Below are positions 12,380-56,660 of a stretch of DNA of 64,000 nt, one piece after another. The DNA comes from Balanoglossus misakiensis. Taxonomy: Eukaryota > Animalia > Hemichordata. The DNA lies in contig CM082581.2 of the NCBI GenBank assembly GCA_040954595.2, forward strand, positions 6,254,699 to 6,318,698, read 5' to 3'. The first letter of the stretch is position 1. Every line of letters begins with the position of its first letter. The translations under genes were made by a program, and so were the position numbers. Below the pieces are notes generated by a model. That model was given only the letters and a program-made list of their open reading frames with translations, made no database searches and was not told the DNA's origin.

Positions 12380-12818
12380 TCATTTACAAGTCGTAATTTA
12401 TTAATTTATTGTTGCTGAGTATGTAGTTTAGTTTGGGGACTTATTCTCCATTAGCAGAAGTGAAGTTTTCCTCATAAATTATTTTCTCTTGCAACCATTG
12501 ACATGTAATATTTATAAATAACTTATTCCAACATATTTGCCAGTTTTTGGAATGTTACATTTTTAAGGTATTATTTATTCTGCCATTTTGTGAAAAATGA
12601 TATTTAAAAGCTAATTTTGCTTATTTATTATTTTTTGTAAAAGAACTGTATCATGGCACAAGATATTTTCGCTTGTACATTTACAATATTTCCAAAAGGG
12701 CAATATTTATTATTTATTGTTTGGATGGATAACAATATACCTGTTGTTTTCCCCATAACTTATTCTGGTTATTTATAAAAAACAGAGATGTAAATTAATT
12801 ATTTGCTTGAGAAATAAA
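12380..12818 (+). promoter_or_regulatory. AU-rich element cluster and poly(A) signal in the cytokine 3'UTR
   Basis: About 11 ATTTA pentamers, including TTATTTATT nonamers at 12571, 12621 and 12710; AATAAA at 12813-12818. Confidence 0.65.
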
Positions 12819-14024
12819 CTGACCGTGTTTATATTTTTAAAAGATGTTTCTATCCATAATTCTCTTGTGCTGCTGTGAACCTGAGTGTCTGTGCCTGAGC
12901 TAACATCAGTAATACACCCACAGGACCATGGGCACAGCTGTATTGTCCATCAAAATATGACAGCTCTCTGCTACCCACAGTGTTGTCTATTGACTTCGTG
13001 CAGATAGCATACAACACACTTGACAATGATGAAATCAGATTCCATTTGGAATTAATCTTTTATTAGTAATTATGCATCAGAGAAACTGTCAAGAAACACA
13101 GAGTTAAGTACTACAATGGTAGTTCATAACCAAACTATTAGTTTTAATCTTTGTAGGATACTAGTATGCACAAATTTTACAGAATGTAGAAAATAGATAA
13201 AATGTACAAAACTGTACATGGAATATATACAGCAATCAATTCAAAGATACATTTTTCAAAATAGAACAGTTAACATTTTCAGCTGTTAGGCATACATGCA
13301 AAAATTACTTGCAAAGGAAAGAAAATAATCACATATAATCACTGAATAAAAATTTAGATAGTTGCTAGGATGGACGGCGTCAATGCAATGAAAATCCACA
13401 CATTGGTAGAACAATGGCCCTCTCAATCAACTGCAGCTGTAGAAGTGCCCTGATGAATCTGTATTGGTTGGGAAATTACTGGATATCAATTACATAGTCA
13501 CTGGTATCTTTTTAGGCACAGAATAATGTTGTACTCTTGGACCAGAATGTAATACAATGTACATACATTTTCTTATACACATTACAATCGTTGATGATTC
13601 CAGGTTCAGTCATTCTGTTCACACACCATGTTGTTACTAGTTGTGAGTTTTGTACAGAGAAGTCCATATTGTTATCTGTATGATATGATAGACCCTTGCA
13701 TTTTTCAAGGATTTCAGGGTAATTTCACATGCAGTTTGCATTACATTTCATAATGTAAGTAAAGGTAAGTATAGATTACATAAGATATCATAATGATAAA
13801 ACACACTTTGGAATTAAAGTCATATCCACAAAGAGGATTATACATTGAAAATCAAAAAATACATTTTATCAACACAAGCCAACAAAACACTTCAATTAAG
13901 TATCCAACCAAACACCATATGTCAGCTATGGTCTTAAGCCTTCCACAGTCAAAATTTGGTACAACCCGACTGTTTCCAATGGCACGGTTGGACTCATTTA
14001 CAGATAAGTGGGGGGTAGCCAGGG

Positions 14025-41104
<27,080 letters not shown>

Positions 41105-41204
41105 TCTAAAATTGAAACCTTCGTCAGCAATAAGCGCAGATTTCCCCAGGAATATGCAACATCTCTCAAATATCTATATCAGTAGTGTTTCGCTCCGACG
41201 ATTT

Positions 41205-41460
41205 TGAAGTGTAGCCTTGCAACACCCACACTGACAACAATCTTCTACCGCGAGGAAGAAAAATTACTTCCCGGAAGTGAACTGATTTTGGCCGTATTTT
41301 CGCTACTTTTCCAACCCAGTGTAATTTAAAAACAGTAGAAACAATAATTGCATCAAATTTTACAAATGTAATATATTTTATGCATAATGCCAATATTTAA
41401 TGTTGAACGCGGATCGATATTTTAACGTTGTCCCTAGTGAACAGGTCAACTTAGCAACCA
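41205..41460 (-). promoter_or_regulatory. CFAP46 promoter with RFX X-box-like and ETS/STAT motifs
   Basis: GTAGCCTTGCAAC 41211-41223 and GTCAACTTAGCAAC about 41446-41459 resemble X-boxes, expected for a ciliary gene. Palindrome ACTTCCCGGAAGT at 41266-41278. Confidence 0.45.
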
Positions 41461-42732
41461 TTCATGCGCGTGCGTGAAGTAACTCAGAAACGGAAGCTGT
41501 GTAAGCCTACGTAAAGAACTCATTCACGAAATGGAACATTTCTTACAAAAAAAAATAATGTACACAATTTATCATTGAGCAAAGAAATGAACTTCAAGAA
41601 ACGAAGTCACTTTCTAGCATCTCATTCAAAACAGGAACTTCCACGTTTATATTTTTCAGTATAAAAAAAACGTAAAATGGGGCTACACAAACAAGTGTTG
41701 GGAATCATATGAAAGTACAAAAAAACAGGATCAGGCTGTCATCAACTAAAATAAAATAAAAGAACAATGTCATCGAGTAGTAAATAATGGATGTGACGTG
41801 TCAAGCGGCCCTATTTCATTGCAACAGCTGATTAATTATCGAACCTCACAACAAAAGTTTGAATCAGATTCGAAAGTGAAACCTGAAAAAGAAGGGGGGG
41901 GGGGGGGTTACACTAACTACATGTATACAAGCGTTGAGACGTTGCTTTTGGATTCTCTGGACTATTACCGGCTTTTTATCATTAGACCGTTTGCCAATTT
42001 GTACAGTTCCATCAACAACGTGTCAGTGGAAATTTGAAATTGACATTTTCCTTAACACGCGTCATCTGCAACTGGATTTCACCCGAAATACATTATATGG
42101 CGCGTAATCACCCCGGCCCCTCTTGTTGAAAACTCCCTAAAAGGCGCGGTGTTAGTAGTATCAAGACGAATATTTATGACAAAATGATCGAAAAAATAAA
42201 GAAATACTAGTACAATGTACAGTCGAAAATTTCTGCAATCTTAAAAATGTAATAGTTCAGTGATGGAAAATGAGAAAGTAATGTCACAGCAGAGTACATT
42301 TACTTCCATGAGTTCTAGAGGATGAGATTATACTATGTTTATGAAGTTTCATAATCATAATTTTGCCATTTCCCAGCGGTGGCGGCCATAGGGCCTATTC
42401 CTTTGCGGCAAAGCTTTACTTAATATTATGCACTCACACTAAGGGTGTATAATACTTGTGTATGGTGGTACAGTTTGAAAAAAAATAAGATAACATCCCC
42501 AAAATTTGCAGCTTTAAATAGGCGCGGCCGGAGTCATATGTGCATGACGAGCTTTTGTAATATCTATTTTTAGTCATCGGGGTTCGCGGAAAAGCGTGAC
42601 GTCATTGATTAAGGTCATAATCAAGTTGTCCATCATCAGCCGGCAGTTGTTGTCAGAACGTGGGCACGACGTTATCACAAGTAGAGCAGTCACTTCGCCA
42701 GCATCCCAGAGCACGTACCGGAAAGGTTCACG

Positions 42733-46059
<3,327 letters not shown>

Positions 46060-47853
46060 TGGAATCTCCAGTGGGCCTTCCATTTGGCTTCTAATTTTGC
46101 CTCAATACATAATGCTTATTTACCAGATGGGAATGTTTTTCTTTTTCATTGCAATTCTTGGTGTTTGTGGAGACTCCAAAGTTTATGCAAAAACGCACAA
46201 TATGTACTATTGGACGCTTACTGTCAAATCTCTATTCGAAGCCACAGGAAAAAAATAACTTATTGACACACTTCCTCAGTTATGTAACTTATCAAAACAT
46301 CCATGTATATCTTCCAAAACAGAGTACTAGTAGTGTACTTTAAACATCATTGTTTAAGAATTCTGAAGAAGTTGGAGAAATTTATTGGTGCAAGTTGTCA
46401 TATTCGGGATACAGGTGTTAATTAAGATGCAGCATCAGGAATTTTGTAAGTTGTATATGTGAGACTTTCCATGTTTAAGTGCCATTTTTCTCATTTACAT
46501 ATTTATGTGACTGGATGTTCCTTCATTACCACCGGAAGTTATTAACACTTATTAATTACGTTATATCGCCTTATTTCTGGTAAGCGTGTTGGTTCCTGCA
46601 AACACAATAACATGTCCTGTTCAACAGCAGTTAAATAAATAGCAGAGTGAGATTTTGACATTGGCTTTTTTTTCTTCTATGTTTTCCCCCAGTTGGAATT
46701 GTACTACGGTATCTTTTCTTATTTTCGTGTATAGCTCTTCACCACCAGATAATCATTTTCAAGTTTTCTTCAGACAGATTTAAGAGTTGGCACACAATTG
46801 TTGGTTAGTGTGGAAACACACTTTCATCGCAAATTTGGGTTGATAAACTGGTAGAAAGATCGTCAGTTCAACCAGTGGTGTATCATAATCTAAAATGTCA
46901 GATGTTAGCAAATTCAACTCCACAATACTATTGACATTTGCACTTTTCTTTTTATTGAAAAAAAAATGTGACGAGACAGATTTGTACAAAATACATACAA
47001 AAAAAAATCTACACATAGCAATACAAGTGCAGGGAACATATTGTGTAGTAAAGACAAGGCAATTACAAATTGTACTAATTTGTAGATAGATCCAGTCCAC
47101 AATTATTTTCGAAAACCTGGTGCTCCAAAATATAGTACACACAGCACGGAAGTTGAATGGTGTTTTCTGAGCATGGACACAGCAGTGAGTGCAACCACTC
47201 CCAGAGGGAGCCCCCCCCCCCCCCCCCCCCAGGCCAATATGGCATCCCATGGGACACAGCAGTCTGAGACAAGCAATTGTTCCAGAATTGGAAAAAGACT
47301 GGTTTTGATAACTGGCTCTGTTCTTGCCACCACTCAAAACCATACTCTCTGCTGGCAGTCATTTTCAACCTGTTCCCTCCAAACATAATGCAACACGGCA
47401 ATTCACACATTTTACCTAGTATGACTGACTTCCTGATCGATGGGCGATTTTGTCCAGAAAACAAATCTCACAAGACCCACAAGCTTACACTGTACATCAC
47501 ATATTAAATACTTTAATATTAGCTTTACAAGAAGTGGGTACACAACTTTGAAGATGCCTATTTTCGCCATGGAAGTCCACTTCACCTGTATTTTTTTGTA
47601 TTAAAAAATACAAACCAAAAATACTGACACAAGTTTAGATGGGATACAACACTGAGAAAATGCCGAAAAACGGATGTACACTTGGAATTTCTTGTATTCA
47701 AAACAAATCTGCAAATCCAGAGTTGGATTGAAATGCACGGGCCCCAAAATTTCACGGCTGGAACTGTCCACTTTTTAGCGAGAAGAGGGGTGGACAAACC
47801 CTTGGGGAGAAGATGCAATGCCCTACACACAAGTAAACAACAACAAATTTAAA

Positions 47854-50800
47854 TTAACGAGGAATACCCCTTCCCCTACCCCTGGGCATACCCGGTTGAT
47901 TGCCCCCCGACTGAGGATTCTTGACAGTTTCGTCTACAGAGAGAATAAGACAGGCTGCTTCTGACGCTGCCGTGATAGCATTCATTTTCACTATGGCCGG
48001 TTCCCACACAAACGCGTCCATATTGTTGGCTATGTCTTCAGTGTTAATGTCGACGCCGTACCATGTACCACCTAAAAAACATGGAGAGGAAAAATCAACG
48101 AATGACCAAGTGAAGGTTGCGCAATATGTTTGTGACAAAAAGAAATCCACAAATGAAAAATTTCACCATGCAAAAAGGAACGCTTTTGCAAGCGGTCATC
48201 TCAACATACCTTGCGAATGTTTCTGTCTCAGTTTGTTAAGTATATTTGTGGCGTCAAAGCCAGCGTTGTCGCACAGCTGCCTGGGTATACACTCCAGCGC
48301 CTTGGCCATGGCTCCTGCCAAGATCTGCTCTTTGCCCGCTATCGTGCGGGAGTAGTCGCGTAAATATTTACTCAGTTCCATTTCTATGGCACCACCGCCT
48401 GCAAAGTTGATCAAAGTAAAATCATGAAATTCATCACTAATACAAGCACAATATTTGTCAATAACAATACAGTGATGACAATGCTTGGAGCTGAGCAACG
48501 ATTGGGCAGTGGTAATTTATGTAATATTGAGTGCACACCACGAAAAATGTCCAAATTCTCTATCATTCTGAAAGGTACACACTTCGATTTATTACCTGCA
48601 ACAACCGAATCATTCTTGATAGCTCTCCTGACAATCATGATGGCGTCGTGCAGGGATCTCTCCGTCTCGTCGATGAACTGCTCGGCGCCACCTCGGAGAA
48701 TCAGGGTGCAGGTCTTGGCCTGCGGGCAGCCTCGGAACATATTGTACCTCTCTCCGCCGATCTGCTGCTCGTTGAAGCTCTCACAGCGGCCCAGGACGTC
48801 GTCGGTGAGGCTCTCCACCGACGTCTGTATGGCGCCACCGCACGCCTTCATGGTGCGCTTCAGATCCTCCTCCGGCACGCGACCGGCACAGAACAAGTCC
48901 CTGATGCAAAAAAAATGTACAGCAAGCGCGTTAGTCAATTTGGCTGCAACAATGGGTACTTATGGAAACTCTGCACATTTCAAGAACAGATGTCCTTCGC
49001 TTAGCCGGAGATTCACCCACTTTTGAAATGTTGGCACCTCCTAGCAAAATGCCAGGGGAGGGGCGGGGGGGGGGGGGGGGGGGGGGGGAGCAGCGCCCCT
49101 TAAAATGATGTCACTCACATGTTGGGTATAGTACGTTCCCACTTTCCAGAGTGGAATTCCCCCCAAAATTTTTCGAAGTTACTCACCTATCGGCAAACCA
49201 CTGGGTTGCAACATCACCAATGGGAAGTTTAGACAGGACTACTTTCGCGCCACTGTCGTAGATTTTCTGTAATTTGTCGTATAAGATGGACCACTCTGCA
49301 TCGACTACAGCTTGGTATTCCTGTTCAAAGACAAAAAATAAATACACATTCAAAGTTTTTACTCAGTGAAGGAGATGCTCAAATTAAAATAGCAAGCTTG
49401 TGTATCATCAGGCACTGGACTTGGGTTGGTGTGTTGCTCAGTGATTTTCCCACTTCCCATTCTCAGATTCCTCACCTCTACATTATCCAGCCTAATCTCA
49501 GCATTATCCCTCTCTGCTTTCAGTTCTAGTTCCACGTTGAGCAACGCTATCTTGGGATTGTCGTACGTCTTAGGCTGCATCTCAAAGCCAGCATAGGAGA
49601 AGGTCTTCTTGAAAGCAACTCCGGCAACAAGCATAGAATCCTATGGGGAGAGAGAGCAGAATAAGACATGTGTTAGTACATTCCGTGATACCATTGTTGA
49701 AAAGTCTGCATAAAAAACAACAAACAAATACAGTACACACCAGAGATGACTTCTTTCATGATGAAAACTATTCCAAAGTTGTCACAAAATGCAAAATTCT
49801 TATCGCCTAAAAGTATCCCACTTCGGAGTTGTTACTTGAGGGCGCCCTTCACAGGCAGCGCCCTCAAGTGACAACACTTCCAGTACATGCAACCAAGCAA
49901 CATCATACAACCTCACCTCTAATGCACCACCAGTGACTTTTTTGATGCCAATCATATCCAATGGTAGGAGTTCATCTAGGGACATCACGGCTTCCACTAC
50001 CATCTTCGAAAAGAATTCCTTGTGGGCGGCTACTAGCTTGGAGCTTAGCGTTGTCGAAGCACACTTTTCTAACAATTCACGAAGTTTCCTGGACGGAGAC
50101 ACAAAGGCAATATCACCATTGGAAATATGGGAGTCCGTTGAGGAAAACCTCAGAATACAAGATTATAAAATGTAACTGAACACTCCCATCAAGACAGTTA
50201 CAGCCACTAGCAAAACTTGGACTCAGAAAAATATGGCACACAATGGTTCTATCAGCCTGTATTTTCATAAAATTAATTTCGCCGTTGTGAAAATGTACCA
50301 GTCAAATGACTTGCCAATTGAACATTACTTACTCTTTGTCATCTTTCTTTATTTTGATTGAGATTTCGTTGATTTTATCCAACAGCAGCATTGTGGCCTT
50401 CCTGTAGGCTCTAACAATGACCTGGGGATGGACATTCTCTTCAATGAACGGCTTGGCCTGTTTCAGAAACTCGGCTGTCAACATGGTGACCGTTGTGGTG
50501 CCATCGCCAACCTGCAAGAGATTTTACTTCAGTCAGATAGCTGTTCCTCGACTCTTTGGCAATTTAATTTCTCTTGGTGATATACATATCTGAAATCACC
50601 GATTACTTCCATATCTATTCATTCTGTTGCCGCAATACTATGTATTGAGGTTGACAGGACAGAAAGGCTCTGATCATGCAGGGCTAAAATTTACGGATAC
50701 TTAAATGTTGTATGTTCCCCAACTATGGTAAAAGTTAGTGAAAACTGATACCGACTCTCTAAGGAAACAACCGTGGCATGCGATTGGTGCTGTTGTACCA

Positions 50801-52358
50801 CTAAGACAGTGGACACGTATACCAAGACATAACCATGGCAGTTGATCTACCACAAGCGTAACGCCAAGGAAAGCACAGGGTAGCTGTTCTCAGCTGACTA
50901 ACTTGTGGAGTATGGCGAAAATTGGCGACATCGTCAAAAGTTTACAATGTACACCTCTCTGGCAAGACAAATGATTGTGATCGTTTTTTTTGTGATTAAA
51001 AAACAATTTTTAAGTGTTATACTGTACTCACTTCAGCATCTTGCGATTTGGCTATTTCCACCAGAGTTTTAGCTGCTGGATGTACAACATCCAGCAACTT
51101 CAAAATGGTTGCGCCATCATTGGATATTGTAACCTTGCCTTTAATCAAAGAGTTAGAAAAATGTGATTAATTAGTATTTGCATAACACAAAAGATCTAAT
51201 GATTAATGGAAATGTTCAAGCAAACAAATACGGGACTTCTGTTTCAGTATCGAAAATAATGTCAAATCAAAAGTCGTTCCCTCAAAACCAAGCCATTTCT
51301 GTGCATTTCAGAGGAAAACTCTTCCTTGACGCTTTTGGGATGTGGTTTGAATTCGGGGTATCTATACTTGTGATTATCCCGAACTAAACAATTTGGGAAA
51401 TTGTTGCTGCATTAACAATTCAATGGAATGAGCACAAGAGAAATGTAACTTACCACCACCATCGACGATTAATTTGTCCATCCCACGTGGACCTAGAGTG
51501 GTTCGGACAGCATCGGCAATCACCTGACATGCTCTTATGTTGCTAACTATCTGTGATTTGCCCTGTGAAGCCTCAGTCCCGTCCTTGAGGAGGATGATTG
51601 CTGGTTGCTACGAGAAACAAACATTATTTTCATTGTCAGTTGAATTATCACATTCCAAAGCATATATACACATATCATGCAAATATTTTGACATCCCTGG
51701 GCCTCGTCCATTTCGTCTGAGATGACATGATCGTGTATTTGTGTACATCACTTGGTAGGACAGGAAGCAAGGGGTATTGGAGATCGACATTGTCAAGTTT
51801 CACCATGTTGTACTTTCTGAATGGCGCTTCACACAAATCGTCGTATTCCTTTAAAAGTTCAGTTTAGGTAAAAAAAACACAATGTAACATGGACCCGTAA
51901 AATGGAAATTGCTTTCAGCTGACTTGAAGTGTCATTTTGAAATTTGACAGCTAGCTGCTTGTTGTAATTGGATTGAAAAAACTGTAAAACAATGACGCAA
52001 CCCAATATTATTTGTGAATTTGTCAATATTGCGACTTTGTGAAGCACAAATACACATACAGCGTTGACATAGTGTTTATACACCACTGCTTATTCGTCTC
52101 GATCTCGGACACCTGGCTTAAGTTCAGAAACCAGTACATGTACATGTATTCACACGATCATGCCATCTCATGGGCGAAACTGTCGGGAAACGCCTTAAAA
52201 TAACCCCCATGGCGACGATTGTAGCCTAAATGCAAACTGCAATCAAATATTAACGAATTAATAAAGGTTTCCCTCCATTAACCGGTCAGTTCCGAGGCAG
52301 TGAAACACCGATGAAATTGGATATAAAAATATTTCGAAGGTACACTACTTACCATCAT
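47854..52358 (-). CDS. CCT7: T-complex protein 1 subunit eta (CCT chaperonin)
   Basis: 6-nt first coding exon (MM, 52353-52358), then [16 protein letters not shown]...[68 protein letters not shown] and C-terminal VDETVKNP...GRGRG. Confidence 0.97.
50703..50910 (-). ncRNA. SNORA74: H/ACA snoRNA U19/SNORA74 (snR191) homolog in CCT7 intron 3
   Basis: About 208 nt with three hairpins, H box AGATCA after the first stem (CCACAAGT/GCTTGTGG) and a terminal ACATTT. Guides AGTCA+GTTAC and AGAGAGT+TAGTT are complementary to LSU rRNA helix 69 (GUAACUAUGACUCUCU). Blocks resemble recalled human SNORA74. Confidence 0.8.
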
Positions 52359-52375
52359 TTTGAAACTATGGCGGA

Positions 52376-52395
52376 ATTCACTTCCCAGAATGCAA
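52376..52395. promoter_or_regulatory. ZNF143/Staf-like binding site at the CCT7 5' end
   Basis: TTCCCAGAATGCA at 52382-52394 matches the SBS core typical of housekeeping and CCT promoters. Confidence 0.5.
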
Positions 52396-53479
52396 AGCGC
52401 GTGGCCTGAAAGCGATGTCCGGTTGAAATTTTTCAATGAAACTTGCATTTTACGTAATATCTCGGTCACTTGACGGTTAAAAATTATCGTAATTTAAATA
52501 TATGTATATCCTTTGATACAACTCTTTTGTGTAATATAATTTTGGAAATTACAGTGAATGACCCTCTTGGGGAATCCCTTACTTGAGTAAACAAGATACA
52601 AACACATGTACTACTGGGGAATCCCTTCGTCGACGCGCGGTGTCTTCCCAGTCTGTTAAAAATAGGTGTTTGCCGTCTAACACAAAAATCTCCAGGAAAA
52701 AACTGAACTGCATCTAGGTACGGCGACGCGTCTTTTATATACGCAGCACAGTATTCATCTGATTTAATCAGGCATTGGGCGTTACACGGCCTACACCACG
52801 CCGGAAACATAAACCTGTAGTACCTGCTGTACCTGTAACACAGCTAGGGCGATGGCCAGCTTCTTGTCTGTCACACCGATTCTATGCATCCAAAGAGAGT
52901 TGGCTTTATGTACCGGTAATATTCTTGCAACATTTATTGAATAACACACGGAAAAGCTTTGTACACAACGCATTTCAGCTATATAAAAGGGTAGCAAATA
53001 TATATGTACATAACTGCAGTAACTGTAGCGTTTTCCGCCTTCTTTTGGCATTTTGACGATATCTAGGCCTTCTTTGGACATTTTGACGATATATTTTTTC
53101 GCAAACCCAACAGAAAAAAACAAGAGCTACAATTATTGCAGCTAATATGTACAGTGTTCTCTGAAGTTGTCCGGCCAGCTCAAGTGGCCGGATTTACATT
53201 TTATTCGCCATCCGTGCGGAACGATGCTTTTTCCCGTTTGTTAATGAAAGTGAGTTCTTCTATAGCGCACGTATCCATACTTGTGCGCAAGGCCCTTATA
53301 ATAAAATACTTATCTCTAAATTATCTAAGAATAGTTCCATTCAATTCCCATGGAAGCAAAGAACAGCTCACATGTGCAGGCGAAATTAGCATAGCAGAGC
53401 TAAACACCGTGACACACTGCCACTGGTCTTTGACGCCCTCAGCATCACATTCAGACATACTTGTCTTCGTTCCACAAGT

Positions 53480-56012
53480 TCATTCGATTTCAGTTTGCGC
53501 TGCTTTATTATCAAACGATAAACTTCCTCTTCCGCTTGCAAATTCTGGTCCAACTATTACCAGCCCGATTTCATTGTTATCCCGTTTATCTTGTCGTCTA
53601 TTACTCCTACTGTTAACGATAGGTCCTCCAATTAGCATAAGAGCACCAGCAGCGATAAGACAAACACCGTAGAAGTAGAAGGAGTTGTTGTAATCACCTG
53701 TGACGTCATATATAAAACCTGCCAATTTCAAGCATACATCAAGTGTTAGCATGAAGTAGTCGTTCAAGTTCAAGTTAGAGCAGGTACATGGCACGCCCTA
53801 TTAAATAGTGGTAACTAATTTCAACTTTCGAAGGCAAATTATTGTGTATGTTTCCGCCCGCCTTTAATGGCCAATGTGTTATCCGCACCTCAATAAACGT
53901 GTCTTCATTCGAGAAACGGTCCGTTTGAATGTAAATTTGTGAAAAATGTGCAAAAAGTACTGTACCATGGATCTTTAAATATAGGTTGTCTAAGGACGTC
54001 ATGTACTTATGTAACACGCTTGTACTTCTAACTCACCTGCGCATACAGGCCCCACCAAACCACCCGTAGCGTCGAACGGCATGCATAGACTAAGGGCAGC
54101 TGTCAGCTCCGCGCTATCCACCATATCTCTCAGCACATGAACGTACGCTAACAGAAAAGTACCGGCAAAGAATCCCAAAACGAAAGCGTAGACAAGGTAG
54201 GATGTGTACGTCGTTGACAGGGCACTCAGTACGTGTGTAAGCCCGCCAATGAAAAGACTAAGCCCAAATATATGTGCACTGGTTGCATGAAAGTGCAGCA
54301 TTACAGGCAAAGATAGGCGACCAATAATTGACCCGATTCCGAGTGCGGATGCAACCCAAGAAATCTCTAGTGGAGTTCCGATATTCCAGGCCTGTGCTCG
54401 AGCTATCACGTGTACTGGCGAGCCAAAGTAACCCAACCCCATTCCGAACGCAGACAAACACTGAACAGCAAGGAAGGGGTGCTTGACATAAAGACCGCAG
54501 TCGCACAAGCGCGAGAATTTCCTCATTACTGCGTAAGCAAATGAATTTCGTTGATCAGTCGGCGACTTTTCTGGTTTGTTACCATGGTTATTAGCGTTGC
54601 ACACGATTCTTGGTCTTCTGTATAGAGCAGCAGATATGAACATGTTGGCATTTATTGCGGCGAATACAAACACTGCCCCCCTCCAGCCGTACACGTCAAT
54701 CAACACTTGCAACAACGGCGGTAAAATGAAGACACCAATTCCAGAACCCGTAATTGCTATGGCGTTTGCGAACGCGTACCTCTTTTTAATGTAGAGAGCT
54801 ATTATTCCCACAGCCGGCGGAATCACAAGTCCATAACCCAGACCTAAAATAAACAAAAACGAAAACATAAAATTTACTGAAAATTCAGTGTTGTGCCAAG
54901 AAATGAGTTGGGTTTTACATGGAAAACGGTTTTCCCTTATGAACTTATTTCCCTTATTCCCTTATTGATATTTATTTTGTTTATTACAACTCACCAACGA
55001 GAATACCAAGACTTAAATACAAGAAATCCACATTCGGAGAAAGGGCACTCAGGATATAACCAATTGAGGACATCGTTGTACCAATAAGAACTGTCGCGCG
55101 ATGGCCTAATTTCTTCACACACACGTTCGCCATAGGAGCTGAGAGACAGGAGGTAAATTTGGAATTATATCATATTGTGACAGAACTGCCTCTTTTGAAG
55201 ACAGATAGGCGTGTATATCTAGCTGTGGAAAGACAGATAGATAGAGAGTCATCAGTCAAACGTATGTCCTACCTACGCCCCCATGTGTCCACGGGGACTG
55301 GTTATGCGGAAAGTATCGATACTTTATTAAAAGGTGTTTTGCTTCTGAGATCGAAAATTCTTCATCGTGAACTGTGACTGTCTATCATTTGAAATTCTGT
55401 TGCTAGGAGGACTTGCTCGAGGGTTAGCATACACACGCCACATTTGCTGGCCTTCCCTCGGCGTGATTAGGCCAAATAAAAAAAATTATGTGCTGTTCCG
55501 ATTACAGTTTTTTTAACTTGAAAAATAGGGTAAGTAGGTAGTAGGTAGAGATTGTTTTCATTTTGCTTTCTTTACCATATCTTTGGCCGCCGTAGTGTAT
55601 ATGAATGACGTCATAGTTCTTGCGTAGTTCTCGCAATTTTTATAAATTTTGTTTGTTTGAAATCGTTATTTTTACTTCCGGTTTACGAAGCTCTAAAAAG
55701 TTCAGGATCGGCAGGCTGAAATTGGGGTAGGTCGGGTAATCGGAACAGCGCATATTTTTTTTTCTTATTTGGCCTATAATTACCATGAAAGAGTAGTTGA
55801 CACTTACCGGCACCAAATGATAACGAACACATCAATGCTAGAACTCCGGACGCACGGGACGAACTCACATCGAAGTATTGCTGCACGGCGACAAGGAGAG
55901 GTCCTATCGCTTGAACGACACCGTACGCAAAGATGCAACATATGTGGCTGCCGAGGACCACTAACCAACCCTCGATGCCGCCGTCCGCAACGGTTCCTTC
56001 CCCGTGTTCCAT
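53480..56012 (-). CDS. Monocarboxylate transporter (SLC16/MCT family, MFS), copy A, 464 aa
   Basis: Exons 55808-56012, 54995-55138, 54037-54843 and 53480-53718, all phase 1. Motifs DGGIEGWLVV, KKLGHR, GLGYG...YIKKRYAFANAIAITGSGIG, YGWRGA and GFIYDVTGDY. Confidence 0.9.
55470..55774. mobile_element. 305-bp MITE with about 37-bp terminal inverted repeats and TA target duplication
   Basis: TA|GGCCAAATAAAAAAAATTATGTGCTGTTCCGATTAC ... GTAATCGGAACAGCGCATATTTTTTTTTCTTATTTGGCC|TA. The paralogous site at about 59345 is empty. Confidence 0.85.
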
Positions 56013-56660
56013 GTTAAGCGACGCCAAGAATATGACGAATACCTATGACTGATTCCTTAAATGTCGCATACACAGTCCCTGTGTACATATCCGTCAAGTA
56101 CGGATATGTCGTATGCGATAAGTCGTGTCACTCGGTACTTGGGGGTCAGTAGCTAAAGTGCCATTGAAAATGGAGAACCTTGATTTTATGTAAAGTTACG
56201 CATTCTTCAATACGCACCACTAAACGTCGTCTCTGTCGACACTGTAAACCGCCATTGTTTTTCTGTTACGCCCGCATAGCGAATACTTTCCGTTGGATAA
56301 TGTCATTTGCCCCACGTCATTTTGAAAACCGGGCCGATGTGTGGTGATCTATGATGGCTGACATAGGTGGGTAAATGGTCAGACATTATTGTATTAAATA
56401 TAAAAGAATTCCCCACTGTATCCATTCGTCCTTACACATGCAAACAAACAAATTAGCATGATCGCATATTTAATCGGTACCAATTGTCATTGTATTCGTA
56501 ATACAATACAAACTGCTTGCGTAACAAAGAATGTGTTATAGGACACCTTGAAAACGCAACTCTTTAATGTCCCTCCTAACATCATGCGTATGACCTATAC
56601 GTTAGTCTCGGATACCCGCTCGCCTCTTTCATTTCCATAATTCCTTAAAGCGGCAATAAT

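Noticed and set aside
46780-47464. 187-aa and 129-aa ORFs between COMTD1 and CCT7
   Set aside because: They span UTR-like AT-rich DNA and a poly-C run, with Cys/Phe-rich nonsense composition.
48424-49026. 200-aa plus-strand ORF
   Set aside because: Antisense to CCT7 exons.
51255-51400. Possible second H/ACA snoRNA in CCT7 intron 2
   Set aside because: Hairpins and an ACA are present, but I could not identify a convincing H box spacing or rRNA target.
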